Shown in pieces: positions 1 to 15,180 of a stretch of DNA of 64,000 nt. Each line of letters opens with the position of its first letter. The stretch's first letter is position 1. The stretch is from positions 248,001 through 312,000 of the forward strand of contig JAXLNO010001705.1 in assembly GCA_038087875.1 (NCBI GenBank), written 5' to 3'. Origin of the DNA: Malacoraja senta. Its lineage: Eukaryota. The notes under the pieces are model-generated. The model was not told the origin of the DNA and ran no database searches. It worked only from the letters and a program-made list of their open reading frames with translations. A program made the translations under genes and the position numbers.

Positions 1-660
1 TCTATATGAACCGGGATCTTCTAGATTTTTATCTTTTTTCGGTATGAGTGTAATAGTTCATTCCGCTAATGTTTCTGGTAGTGTTTGTTCTTTAAAAGCG
101 TATGTGTACAATTTTTGTAGACTCGGTGAGATTGTCTCGTAGAACCTTTTTATAAAATTCGTTACTAAATCCATCTAGTCCTGGCGTTTTACCGTTCTTT
201 AGTGAGTTTATTGTCTCTATTATTTCTTTAATTGAGACCTGAGCTCCTAATTCCTCTTGTTCCAGCAGATTAAGTTTTGGAAGGTTGCAATTATCCAAGA
301 AATTTATTTCTTTAGTGTTATCTGCTGATGTTTTTGATGTGTACACATTTTGATCAAATTGAGCATATCTTTTATTAATGTCTTTAAGTTATGTTAACTA
401 TTCGCCATTATCTGATTAAATTTTTGAAATCGTATGATCCATTTCACGTTTTTTCAGCTGACGTGTGAGTTTATGTGGTTTTCCGCAGAATTTAAAGTTT
501 TCCTGTTTTGCAATTTGAAATAGTCTTATAACTCTTGCAGATAAGATTATGTTTAATTTACATTTCAATATTGTTATTTTATTGTGTCTATGGTTGGTTC
601 TTTAGCATTATCTAGGTCTAATTGAATAATTTGTTCTTCTAACTGCAATTGTTCTTTCTT
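1..660 (-). mobile_element. L1/Tx1-like LINE ORF2 fragment (linker and start of RT), decayed, truncated by the satellite
   Basis: ORF 92-346(-) contains LPKLNLLEQEELGAQVSIKEIIETINSLKNGKTPGLDGFSNEFYKK, matching the L1-clade pre-RT K(S/T)PGxDGF motif. Flanking frames have stops. Confidence 0.7.
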
Positions 661-3600
661 ATTGAAATGGATTGATTTGAATTGAAATGATTGACTTGAT
701 TTGAAATGAATTGATTGACTTGACTTGACTTGACTTGACTTGAAATGGATTGACTTGTCTTGAAATGGATTAACTTGACGTGACTTGACCTGAAATGAAT
801 TGAATTGACTTGACTTGAAATGGATTGACTTGACTACAAATAGATAGACTTGACTTGACTTGACTTAAAATGGCTTGACTTGAATTGAAATGGATTGACT
901 TGACTTTGGTTGACTTGAAATGAGTTGACTTGACTTGAAATGGATTGAATTGAATTGACAACTTGAAATGGATTGACTGGACTTGAAATGGATTGACTTG
1001 ACTTGACCTGACATGACATGACATGGATTGACTTGACTTGAAATGGATTGCCTTGACATCACTTGAAATGGATTGACTTGACTTGACTGGACTTGAAATT
1101 GATTGACTTGACTTGAAATGGATTGACTTGACGACTTGATATGGATAGACTTGACTTGAACTGGATTGACTTGAATTGAAATGGATTTATTTTATTTTAT
1201 TTTATTTGAAATGGATTGCCTTGACTTGAAATTTATTGACTTGAATTGAAATGGATTCACTTGACTTGAAATAACTTGACTTAAAATGGATTGCCTTGAC
1301 TTGAAATGGATAGACTTGACTGACTTGAAATGGATTGACCTGACATGAAATTGATTGACTTTACTTGAAATGGATTGATTGAATTGAATTGAAATGGATT
1401 GACTTGACTTGACTTGACTTTAAATTAATTGACTTGACTTGAAATGGATTGAATTGACTTGACTTCACTTGACTTGAAATGGATTGACATCTTGAAATGG
1501 ATTGACTTGACTTGACCTGAAATGAATTGAATTGACTTCACTTGAAATGTATTGACGACTTGAAATGGATTGACTTGAATTGAATTGAAATGGATTGACT
1601 TGACTTTACTTGACTTGAAATGAATTGACTTGAATTGAAATGGATTGACTTGACAGCACTTCACTTGACTTGAAATGGCATGGCTTGACTTGACATAACT
1701 AGATTTGAAATGGCTTGACTTGACTTGTAATGGATAGACATGACTTGACTTGAAATGGTTTGACTTGACTTGACATAACTATATTTGAAATGGATTGACT
1801 AGACATAAAATTGATTGACTTGACTTAAAATGGATTGACTTAAATTGAAATGGATTAACTTGACTTTACATGACTTGAAATGGATTGACTTCAATTGAAA
1901 TGGATTGAGTTGACTTGACTTGACATGAAATGGATTGACTTGACTTGAAATTGATTGACTTGACTTCACTTGAAATGGATTGACTTAACTTGACTGGACT
2001 TGAAATTGATTGACTTGACTTGAAATGAATTGACTTGACTTGAAATGGATACTCGACGTGAAATGGATTGACTTGACTTCAAATTGATTGTCTTGACATG
2101 ACGTGATTTGAAATGGATTGGCTTGACTTGAAATGGATTGACATGGAATGGATTGACTTGACTTGAAATGGATTGACTTGACTTGACTTGGCTTGAAATG
2201 GATTGTCTTGACTTGACTTTACTTGAAATGGATTGACTTGACTAGAAATGGATTGACTTGAATTGAAATGGATTTACTTGACTTGAAATGGTTTGACTTG
2301 ACTTGAAATGGACAGATTTGACTTGAAATGGATTGATCTGACTTGACTGAAATGGATTGACTTGACATGCCTTGACTTGACTTGAAATGGATTCAGTTGA
2401 CTGGACTTGACTTGACCTGAAATGGATTGACTTGACTTGAAATGGATTGAAATGGAATGGATTGACTTGACTTGAAATGGATTGACTTGTCTTGACTTGA
2501 CTTGTCTTGAAATGGATTGTCTTGACTTGACATGGATTGACTTGGATTGAAATGGATTGACATGGAATGGATTGACTTGACATGAAATGGATTGACTTGA
2601 CTTGACTTGTCTTGAAATGGATTGACTTGACTTGAAATGGATTGACTTGAATTGAAAAGGATTGACTTGACCTCACTTGAAATGGATTTACTTGACTTGA
2701 CTGGACTTGAAATTGATTGACTTGACTTGAAATGGATTGACTGGACGACTTGAAATGGATAGACTTGACTTGAAATGGATTGACTTGAATTGAAATGGAT
2801 TGACTTGACTTAACTTGACTTGAATTGACTTGACATGAAATTGATTGACTTGAAATGGATTGACTTGACTTGACATAACTTGACTTGAAATATTGACTTG
2901 ACATGAAATGGATAGACTTGACTTGACACGGATTGAAATGAATTGAAATGGATTGACTTGACTTGACTTGACCTGAAATGAATTGAATTGACCTGACTTG
3001 AAATAGATTGACTTCACTTGACATAACTTGATTTGAAATGGATTGCTTTGACTTGAAATGGATAGACTTAACTTGACTTGACTTGAAATGAATTGACTTG
3101 AATAGAAATGGATTGACTGGACTTTTCATGACTTGAAATGGATTAACTTGAATTGAAATGGATTGACTTGACTTAACTTGACTTGAAATGGAATGATTTG
3201 ACATGAAATTAATTGATTTGAATTGAAATGGATTGACTTGACTTGACATAACTTGACTTCAAATGGATTGACTTGACTTGACATAACTTGACTTGGAATG
3301 GATTGATTTGACATGCAATGGATAGACTTGACTTAACTTGAAATGAATTGAATTGACATGAAATTGATTGACTTGACTTGAAATGGATTGACTTGAATTC
3401 GACTGGATTGACTTGACTTTACTTGGCTTGAAATGAATTGACTTGAATTGAAATGGATTGACTTGATTTGACTTGACTTGACTTGAAATGGAATGGCTTG
3501 ACTTGACATTGATTGACTTGACTTGACTTGACGTGAAATGAATTGAGTTGACTTGACTTGAAATTGATTGACTTGACTTGAAATGGTTTGGCTTTGCTTG

Positions 3601-6600
3601 ACCTGACTTGACATGACATGCATTGACTTGACTTGAAATTGATAGACTTCACTTCACTTGAAATGGATTGACTTAACTTGACTGGACTTGAAATTGATTG
3701 ACTTGACTTGAAATGGATTGACTTGACTTGAAATGGATAGACTTGACATGAAATGGATTGACTTGACTTGAAATGGATTGAGTTGACTTGACTTGACTTG
3801 AAATGGATTGACTTGACTTGAAATGGATTGGCTTCACTTGACCTGACTTGACATGACATGGATTAACTTCACTTGAAATGGATTGACTTAACTTGACTGA
3901 ACTTGAAATTGATTGACTTGACTTGAAATGGATTGAATTGACTTGAAATGGATAGACCTGATATGAAATGGATTGACGACTTGAAATGGATTGAGTTGAC
4001 TTGACTTGACTTGACTTGAAATTGATTGACTTGACTTGAAATGGATTGGCTTCACTTGAACTGACTTGACATAACATGGATTGACTTGACTTCAAATTGA
4101 TTGTCTTGACATGACGTGATTTGAAATGGATTGCCTTGACTTGAAATGGATTGACATGGAATGGATTGACTTGACTTGAAATGGATTGACTTGACTTGAA
4201 ATGGATTGACTTGAATTCGACTGGATTGACTTGACTTTACTTGGCTTGAAATGAATTGACTTGAATTGAAATGGATTGACTTGATTTGACTTGACTTGAC
4301 TTGAAATGGAATGGCTTGACTTGACATTGATTGACTTGACTTGACTTGACGTGAAATGAATTGAGTTGACTTGACTTGAAATTGATTGACTTGACTTGAA
4401 ATGGTTTGGCTTTGCTTGACCTGACTTGACATGACATGCATTGACTTGACTTGAAATTGATAGACTTCACTTCACTTGAAATGGATTGACTTAACTTGAC
4501 TGGACTTGAAATTGATTGACTTGACTTGAAATGGATTGACTTGCCTTGAAATGGATAGACTTGACATGAAATGGATTGACTTGACTTGAAATGGATTGAG
4601 TTGACTTGACTTGACTTGAAATGGATTGACTTGACTTGAAATGGATTGGCTTCACTTGACCTGACTTGACATGACATGGATTGACTTCACTTGAAATGGA
4701 TTGACTTAACTTGACTGAACTTGAAATTGATTGACTTGACTTGAAATGGATTGAATTGACTTGAAATGGATAGACCTGATATGAAATGGATTGACGACTT
4801 GAAATGGATTGAGTTGACTTGACTTGACTTGACTTGAAATGGATTGACTTGACTTGAAATGGATTGGCTTCACTTGAACTGACTTGACATAACATGGATT
4901 GACTTGACTTCAAATTGATTGTCTTGACATGATGTGATTTGAAATGGATTGACTTGACTTGAAATGGATTGACATGGAATGGATTGACTTGACTTGAAAT
5001 GGATTGACTTGACTTGACTTGGCTTGAAATGGATTGTCTTGACTTGACTTTACGTGAAATGGGTTGACTTGACTTGAAATGGATTGACTTGAATTGAAAT
5101 GGATTTACTTGACTTGAAATGGTTTGACTTGACTTGAAATGGACAGATTTGACTTGAAATGGATTGACTTGACTTGACTGAAATGGATAGACTTGACATG
5201 CCTTGACTTGACTTGAAATGGATTCAGTTGACTAGACTTGACTTGACCTGAAATGCATTGACTTGACTTGAAATGGATTGACATGGAATGGATTGACTTG
5301 ACTTGAAATGGATTGACATGACCTAACTTGACTTGTTTTGAAATGGATTGACTTGACATGAAATGGATTGACTTGACTTGACTTGTCTTGAAATTGATTG
5401 ACTTGAATTGAAATGGATTGACTTGACTTCACTTGAAATGGATTTACTTGACTTGACTGGACTTGAAATTGATTGACTTGACTTGAAATGGTTTGACTGG
5501 ACGATTTGAAATGGATAGACTTGACATGAAATGGATTGACTTGAATTGAAATGGATTGACTTGACTTAACCTGACTTGAAATGGATTGACTTGACATGAA
5601 ATTGATTGACTTGAAATGGATTGACTTGACTTAACTTGACTTGAAATGGATTGACGACATGAAATTGATTGGCTTGAATTGAAATGGATTGATTGACTTG
5701 ACATAACTTGACTTGAAATGGATTGACTTGACATGAAATGGATAGACTTGACTTGACCTGACTTGACATGACATGGATTGACTTGACTTGAAATGGATTG
5801 ACATGGAATGGATTGACTTGACTTGAAATGGATTGACATGACCTAACTTGACTTGTTTTGAAATGGATTGTCTTGACTTGACATGGATTGACTTGAATTC
5901 AAATGGATTGACATGGAATGGATTGACTTGACATGAAATGGATTGACTTGACTTGACTTGTCTTGAAATGGATTGACTTGAATTGAAATGGATTGACTTG
6001 ACTTCACTTGAAATGGATTTACTTGACTTGACTGGACTTGAAATTGATTGACTTGACTTGAAATGGTTTGACTGGACGACTTGAAATGGATTGACTTGAA
6101 TTGAAATGGATTGACTTGACTTAACCTGACTTGAAATGGATTGACTTGACATGAAATTGATTGACTTGAAATGGATTGACTTGACTTAACTTGACTTGAA
6201 ATGGATTGACGACATGAAATTGATTGGCTTGAATTGAAATGGATTGATTGACTTGACATAACTTGACTTGAAATGGATTGACTTGACATGAAATGGATAG
6301 ACTTGACTTGACCTGACTTGACATGACATGGATTGACTTGACTTGAAATGGATTGCCTTGACTTCACTTGAAATGGATTGACTTGACTTGAAATGGATTG
6401 AGTTGACGACTTGATATGGAGAGACTTGACTTGAAATGGATTGACTTGAATTGAAATTCATTTGATTTGATTTTACTTGACTTGAAAAGGATTGACGACT
6501 TGAAATGGATTGACTTGAATTGAAATGGAATGACTTGACTTGAAATAACTTGACTTGAAATGGATTGCCTTGACTTGAATTGGATAGACTTGACTGACTT

Positions 6601-6999
6601 GAAATGGATTGACCTGACATGCAATTGATTGACTTGACTTGAAAAGGATTGACTTGAATTGAATTGAAATGGATTGACTTGACTTTACTTGACTTGAAAT
6701 GAATTGACTTGACTTGAAATGGATTGACTTGACTTGACTTCACTTGACTTGAAATGGATTGACTTGAATTGAAATGGATTGACTTGAATTGAAATGGATT
6801 GACTTGACTTAACTTGACTTGAAATGGATTGACTTGACATGAACTGGATTGACTTGACTTCACTTGAAATGGATTGTCTAGACTTGATATAACTTGATTT
6901 GAAATGGATTGACGTGACTTGAAATGGATAGACGTGTCTTGACTTGACTTGAAATGGATTGACTTGAATTGAAATGGATTGACATGCCTTTACTTGACT

Positions 7000-9900
7000 T
7001 GAAATGGATTGACTTGATTTGAAATGGATTGACTTGAATTGAAATGGATTGACTTGACTTTAGTTGACTTGAAATGAAATGACTTGAATTGAAATGGATT
7101 GACTTGACTTGACTTCACTTGACTTGAAATGAATTGGCTTGACTTGACATAATTCGATTTGAAATGTATTGACTTGCCTGGAAATGGATAGACTTGACTT
7201 GACTTGAAATGGATTGACTTGACTTGACATAACTAGCTTTCAAATGGATTGACTTGAAATGCATAGACTTGACTTGACTTGACTTGAAATGGATTGACTA
7301 GACATTAAATTAAATGACTTGACTTGGAATGGATTGACTTGAATTGAAATGGATTGACTTGACTTTACATGACTTGAAATGGATTGACTTGAATTGAAAT
7401 AGATTGACTTGACTTTACTTGACTTGAAATGATTTGGCTTGACTTGAAATGGTTTGAGTTGACTTGACTTGACTTGACTTGACGCGACTTGAAATGGATT
7501 GACTTGACTTGAAATGGATTGGCTTGACTTTACTTGAAATGGATTGAGTTGACTGGACTTGACTTGACCTGAAAGGGATTGACTTGACTTCAAATTGATT
7601 GTCTTTACATGACGTGATTTGAAATGGATTGACTTGACTTGAAATGGATTGACATGGAATGGATTGACTTGACTTGAAATGGATTGACTTGACTTGACTT
7701 GGCTTGAAATGGGTTGTCTTGACTTGACTTTAATAGAAATGGATTGACTTGACTTAAATGGATTGACTTGAATTGAAATGGATTGACTTGACTTCACTTA
7801 AAATGGATTTACTTGACTTGACTGGACTTGAAATTGATTGACTTGACTTGAAATGGATTGACTTGATGACTTGAAATTGATAGACTTGACTTGAAATGGA
7901 TTGACTTGAAAATAAATGGATTGACTTGACTTAACTTGACTTGGAATGGATTGACTTGACATGAAATTGATTGACTTGTATTGAAATGGATTGACTTGAC
8001 TTAACATAACTTGACTTGAAATCGATTGACTTGATATGAAGTGGATAGACTTGACTTGAGTTGACTTGAAATGGATTGACTTGAAATGAAATTGATTGAC
8101 TTGACTTGAAACGGATTGACATGAATTGACTTGACTTGAGTTAACTTGAAATGAATTGACTTGATTTGAAATGGATTGACTTGACATTACGTCACTTGAC
8201 TTGAAATTGATTGACTTGACTTGAAATGGATTGACTTGACTTGACTTGACTTGAAATAGATTGACTTGACTTGAAATTGACTTCATTTGACCTGACTTGA
8301 CATGACATGGATTGACTTGACTTGAAATGGATCGACTTGACTTCACTTGAAATGGATTGACTTAACTTGTCTGGACTTGAAATTGATTGACTAGACTTGA
8401 AATGGATTGGGTTGACTTGACCTGACTTGACATGAAATTGATTGACTTGATTTGAAATGGATTGACTTGAATTGAGATGGAATGGCTTGACTTGACTTGA
8501 CTTGGAATGGATTGACTTGACTGGTCTTGACTTGACCTGAAATGTATTGACTGGACTTCAAATTGATTGGCTCGACTTGCCGTGATTTGAAATGGATTGA
8601 CTTGACTTGAAATGGATTGACTTGACTTGGCTTGGCTTGACTTGCTTGACTTGAAATGGATTGACTTGACTTGAAATGTATTGACTTGAATTCCCTTGGC
8701 TTGACTTGCTTGACTTCAAATGGATTGACTTGACTTCAAATGGATTGACTTGACTTGACATGACATGGATTGACTTGAATTGACGACTTCAAATTGATTG
8801 ATTTGACTTGAAATGGATTGTCTTGAATTGAATTGACTTGGAATGGATTGACATGACTAGACTTGACTTGACTTGACATGACTTGGATTGACTTGACTTG
8901 ACATGGATTGACTTGACCTGACTTGACATGACATGGGTTGACTTGACTTGAAATGGATTGACTTGTAATGGATTGACTTGACTGGACTTGAACTGGATAG
9001 ACCTGAACTGGATAGACATGACTTGAAATGGATTGACTAGACTTGACTAGACTTGAAATGGATTGACTTGACTTTTCTTGACTTGAAATGGACTTGACTT
9101 GACCTGACTTGAAATGGATTGACTTGACTTGACAAGGATTGACTTGACTTGACCGGACTTGACATGACATTGATTGATGACTTGAATTGGATTGAATTGA
9201 TTTGACTTGAAATTGATTGACTTGACTTGACTTGAAATTGATTGACTTTACTTGAAATGGATTGACTTGACTTGACTTTAAATGGATTGACTTGACTTGA
9301 CTTTAAATGGATTGACTTGACTTGAAATTGATTGACTTGACTTGACTTGACCTGACTTGACATGACATGGATTGACTTGAAATGGATTGACTTGATTGGA
9401 CGACTTGAAATTGATTGACTTGACTTGAAATGGATTGACTTGACCTGACTTGAAATGGATTGACTTGACTTGACTTGACTTGACTTGACTTGACTTGAAA
9501 TGGAATGGCTTGACTTGACATTGATTGACTTGACTTGACTTGACGTGAAATGAATTGAGTTGACTTGACTTGAAATTGATTGACTTGACTTGAAATGGTT
9601 TGGCTTTGCTTGACCCGACTGGACATGACATGCATTGACTTGACTTGAAATTGATTGACTTGACTTAACTTGAAATGGATTGACTTAACTTGACTGGACT
9701 TGAAATTGATTGACTTCACTTGAAATGGATTGACTTGACTTGAAATGGATTGACTTGACTTTAGTTGACTTGAAATGAAATGACTTGAATTGAAATGGAT
9801 TGACTTGACTTGACTTCACTTGACTTGAAATGAATTGGCTTGACTTGACATAATTAGATTTGATATGTATTGACTTGCCTGGAAATGGATAGACTTGACT

Positions 9901-12900
9901 TGACTTGAAATGGATTGACTTGACTTGACATAACTAGCTTTCAAATGGATTGACTTGAAATGCATAGACTTGACTTGACTTGACTTGAAATGGATTGACT
10001 AGACATTAAATTGATTGACTTGACTTGGAATGGATTGACTTGAATTGAAATGGATTGACTTGACTTTACATGACTTGAAATGGATTGACTTGAATTGAAA
10101 TAGATTGACTTGACTTTACTTGACTTGAAATGATTTGGCTTGACTTGAAATGGTTTGAGTTGACTTGACTTGACTTGATGCGACTTGAAATGGATTGACT
10201 TGACTTGAAATGGATTGGCTTGACTTCACTTGAAATGGATTGAGTTGACTGGACTTGACTTGACCTGAAAGGGATTGACTTGACTTCAAATTGATTGTCT
10301 TTACATGACGTGATTTGAAATGGATTGACTTGACTTGAAATGGATTGACATGGAATGGATTGACTTGACTTGAAATGGATTGACTTGACTTGACTTGGCT
10401 TGAAATGGGTTGTCTTGACTTGACTTTACTAGAAATGGATTGACTTGACTTAAATGGATTGACTTGAATTGAAATGGATTGACTTGACTTCACTTAAAAT
10501 GGATTTACTTGACTTGACTGGACTTGAAATTGATTGACTTGACTTGAAATGGATTGACTTGACGACTTGAAATTGATAGACTTGACTTGAAATGGATTGA
10601 CTTGAAAATAAATGGATTGACTTGACTTAACTTGACTTGGAATGGATTGACTTGACATGAAATTGATTGACTTGTATTGAAATGGATTGACTTGACTTAA
10701 CATAACTTGACTTGAAATCGATTGACTTGATATGAAATGGATAGACTTGACTTGAGTTGACTTGAAATGGATTGACTTGAAATGAAATTGATTGACTTGA
10801 CTTGAAACGGATTGACATGAATTGACTTGACTTGAGTTAACTTGAAATGAATTGACTTGATTTGAAATGGATTGACTTGACATTACGTCACTTGACTTGA
10901 AATTGATTGACTTGACTTGAATTGGATTGACTTGACTTGACTTGACATGAAATGAATTGAATTGACTTGACTTGACTTGAAATGGATTGACTTGACTTGA
11001 CTTGACTTGAAATAGATTGACTTGACTTGAAATTGACTTCACTTGACCTGACTTGACATGACATGGATTGACTTGACTTGAAATGGATTGACTTGACTTC
11101 ACTTGAAATGGATTGACTTAACTTGTCTGGACTTGAAATTGATTGACTAGACTTGAAATGGATTGGGTTGACTTGACCTGACTTGACATGAAATTGATTG
11201 ACTTGATTTGAAATGGATTGACTTGAATTGAGATGGAATGGCTTGACTTGACTAGACTTGGAATGGATTGACTTGACTGGTCTTGACTTGACCTGAAATG
11301 TATTGACTGGACTTCAAATTGATTGGCTCGACTTGCCGTGATTTGAAATGGATTGACTTGACTTGAAATGGATTGACTTGGCTTGGCTTGGCTTGACTTG
11401 CTTGACTTGAAATGGATTGACTTGACTTGAAATGTATTGACTTGAATTCCCTTGGCTTGACTTGCTTGACTTCAAATGGATTGACTTGACTTCAAATGGA
11501 TTGACTTGACTTGACATGACATGGATTGACTTGAATTGACGACTTCAAATTGATTGATTTGACTTGAAATGGATTGTCTTGAATTGAATTGACTTGGAAT
11601 GGATTGACATGACTAGACTTGACTTGACTTGACATGACTTGGATTGACTTGACTTGACATGGATTGACTTGACCTGACTTGACATGACATGGGTTGACTT
11701 GACTTGAAATGGATTGACTTGAAATGGATTGACTTGACTGGACTTGAACTGGATAGACCTGAATTGGATAGACATGACTTGAAATGGATTGACTAGACTT
11801 GACTAGACTTGAAATGGATTAACTTGACTTGTCTTGACTTGAAATGGACTTGACTTGACCTGACTTGAAATGGATTGACTTGACTTGACAAGGATTGACT
11901 TGACTTGACCGGACTTGACATGACATTGATTGATGACTTGAATTGGATTGAATTGATTTGACTTGAAATTGATTGACTTGACTTGACTTGAAATTGATTG
12001 ACTTTACTTGAAATGGATTGACTTGAGTTGACTTTAAATGGATTGACTTGACTTGACTTTAAATGGATTGACTTGACTTGAAATTGATTGACTTGACTTG
12101 ACTTGACCTGACTTGACATGACATGGATTGACTTGAAATGGATTGACTTGATTGGACGACTTGAAATTGATTGACTTGACTTGAAATGGATTGACTTGAC
12201 CTGACTTGAAATGGATTGACTTGACTTGACTTGACTTGACTTGACTTGACTTGAAATGGAATGGCTTGACTTGACATTGATTGACTTGACTTGACTTGAC
12301 GTGAAATGAATTGAGTTGACTTGACTTGAAATTGATTGACTTGACTTGAAATGGTTTGGCTTTGCTTGACCCGACTGGACATGACATGCATTGACTTGAC
12401 TTGAAATTGATTGACTTGACTTAACTTGAAATGGATTGACTTAACTTGACTGGACTTGAAATTGATTGACTTCACTTGAAATGGATTGACTTGACTTGAA
12501 ATGGATTGACTTGACTTTAGTTGACTTGAAATGAAATGACTTGAATTGAAATGGATTGACTTGACTTGACTTCACTTGACTTGAAATGAATTGGCTTGAC
12601 TTGACATAATTAGATTTGATATGTATTGACTTGCCTGGAAATGGATAGACTTGACTTGACTTGAAATGGATTGACTTGACTTGACATAACTAGCTTTCAA
12701 ATGGATTGACTTGAAATGCATAGACTTGACTTGACTTGACTTGAAATGGATTGACTAGACATTAAATTGATTGACTTGACTTGGAATGGATTGACTTGAA
12801 TTGAAATGGATTGACTTGACTTTACATGACTTGAAATGGATTGACTTGAATTGAAATAGATTGACTTGACTTTACTTGACTTGAAATGATTTGGCTTGAC

Positions 12901-15180
12901 TTGAAATGGTTTGAGTTGACTTGACTTGACTTGATGCGACTTGAAATGGATTGACTTGACTTGAAATGGATTGGCTTGACTTCACTTGAAATGGATTGAG
13001 TTGACTGGACTTGACTTGACCTGAAAGGGATTGACTTGACTTCAAATTGATTGTCTTTACATGACGTGATTTGAAATGGATTGACTTGACTTGAAATGGA
13101 TTGACATGGAATGGATTGACTTGACTTGAAATGGATTGACTTGACTTGACTTGGCTTGAAATGGGTTGTCTTGACTTGACTTTACTAGAAATGGATTGAC
13201 TTGACTTAAATGGATTGACTTGAATTGAAATGGATTGACTTGACTTCACTTAAAATGGATTTACTTGACTTGACTGGACTTGAAATTGATTGACTTGACT
13301 TGAAATGGATTGACTTGACGACTTGAAATTGATAGACTTGACTTGAAATGGATTGACTTGAAAATAAATGGATTGACTTGACTTAACTTGACTTGGAATG
13401 GATTGACTTGACATGAAATTGATTGACTTGTATTGAAATGGATTGACTTGACTTAACATAACTTGACTTGAAATCGATTGACTTGATATGAAATGGATAG
13501 ACTTGACTTGAGTTGACTTGAAATGGATTGACTTGAAATGAAATTGATTGACTTGACTTGAAACGGATTGACATGAATTGACTTGACTTGAGTTAACTTG
13601 AAATGAATTGACTTGATTTGAAATGGATTGACTTGACATTACGTCACTTGACTTGAAATTGATTGACTTGACTTGAATTGGATTGACTTGACTTGACTTG
13701 ACATGAAATGAATTGAATTGACTTGACTTGACTTGAAATGGATTGACTTGACTTGACTTGACTTGAAATAGATTGACTTGACTTGAAATTGACTTCACTT
13801 GACCTGACTTGACATGACATGGATTGACTTGACTTGAAATGGATTGACTTGACTTCACTTGAAATGGATTGACTTAACTTGTCTGGACTTGAAATTGATT
13901 GACTAGACTTGAAATGGATTGGGTTGACTTGACCTGACTTGACATGAAATTGATTGACTTGATTTGAAATGGATTGACTTGAATTGAGATGGAATGGCTT
14001 GACTTGACTAGACTTGGAATGGATTGACTTGACTGGTCTTGACTTGACCTGAAATGTATTGACTGGACTTCAAATTGATTGGCTCGACTTGCCGTGATTT
14101 GAAATGGATTGACTTGACTTGAAATGGATTGACTTGGCTTGGCTTGGCTTGACTTGCTTGACTTGAAATGGATTGACTTGACTTGAAATGTATTGACTTG
14201 AATTCCCTTGGCTTGACTTGCTTGACTTCAAATGGATTGACTTGACTTCAAATGGATTGACTTGACTTGACATGACATGGATTGACTTGAATTGACGACT
14301 TCAAATTGATTGATTTGACTTGAAATGGATTGTCTTGAATTGAATTGACTTGGAATGGATTGACATGACTAGACTTGACTTGACTTGACATGACTTGGAT
14401 TGACTTGACTTGACATGGATTGACTTGACCTGACTTGACATGACATGGGTTGACTTGACTTGAAATGGATTGACTTGAAATGGATTGACTTGACTGGACT
14501 TGAACTGGATAGACCTGAACTGGATAGACATGACTTGAAATGGATTGACTAGACTTGACTAGACTTGAAATGGATTAACTTGACTTGTCTTGACTTGAAA
14601 TGGACTTGACTTGACCTGACTTGAAATGGATTGACTTGACTTGACAAGGATTGACTTGACTTGACCGGACTTGACATGACATTGATTGATGACTTGAATT
14701 GGATTGAATTGATTTGACTTGAAATTGATTGACTTGACTTGACTTGAAATTGATTGACTTTACTTGAAATGGATTGACTTGAGTTGACTTTAAATGGATT
14801 GACTTGACTTGACTTTAAATGGATTGACTTGACTTGAAATTGATTGACTTGACTTGACTTGACCTGACTTGACATGACATGGATTGACTTGAAATGGATT
14901 GACTTGATTGGACGACTTGAAATTGATTGACTTGACTTGAAATGGATTGACTTGACCTGACTTGAAATGGATTGACTTGACTTGACTTGACTTGACTTGA
15001 CTTGACTTGAAATGGAATGGCTTGACTTGACATTGATTGACTTGACTTGACTTGACGTGAAATGAATTGAGTTGACTTGACTTGAAATTGATTGACTTGA
15101 CTTGAAATGGTTTGGCTTTGCTTGACCCGACTAGACATGACATGCATTGACTTGACTTGAAATTGATTGACTTGACTTCA
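7000..15180. repeat. Higher-order repeat inside the satellite: about three tandem copies of a ~2.7-2.76 kb unit
   Basis: Rare marker TTCCCTTGGC at 8691, 11447 and 14203 (spacing 2756, 2756). Marker TTACGTCA at 8187, 10883 and 13639 (spacing 2696, 2756). The ORF track repeats at +2756. Confidence 0.9.
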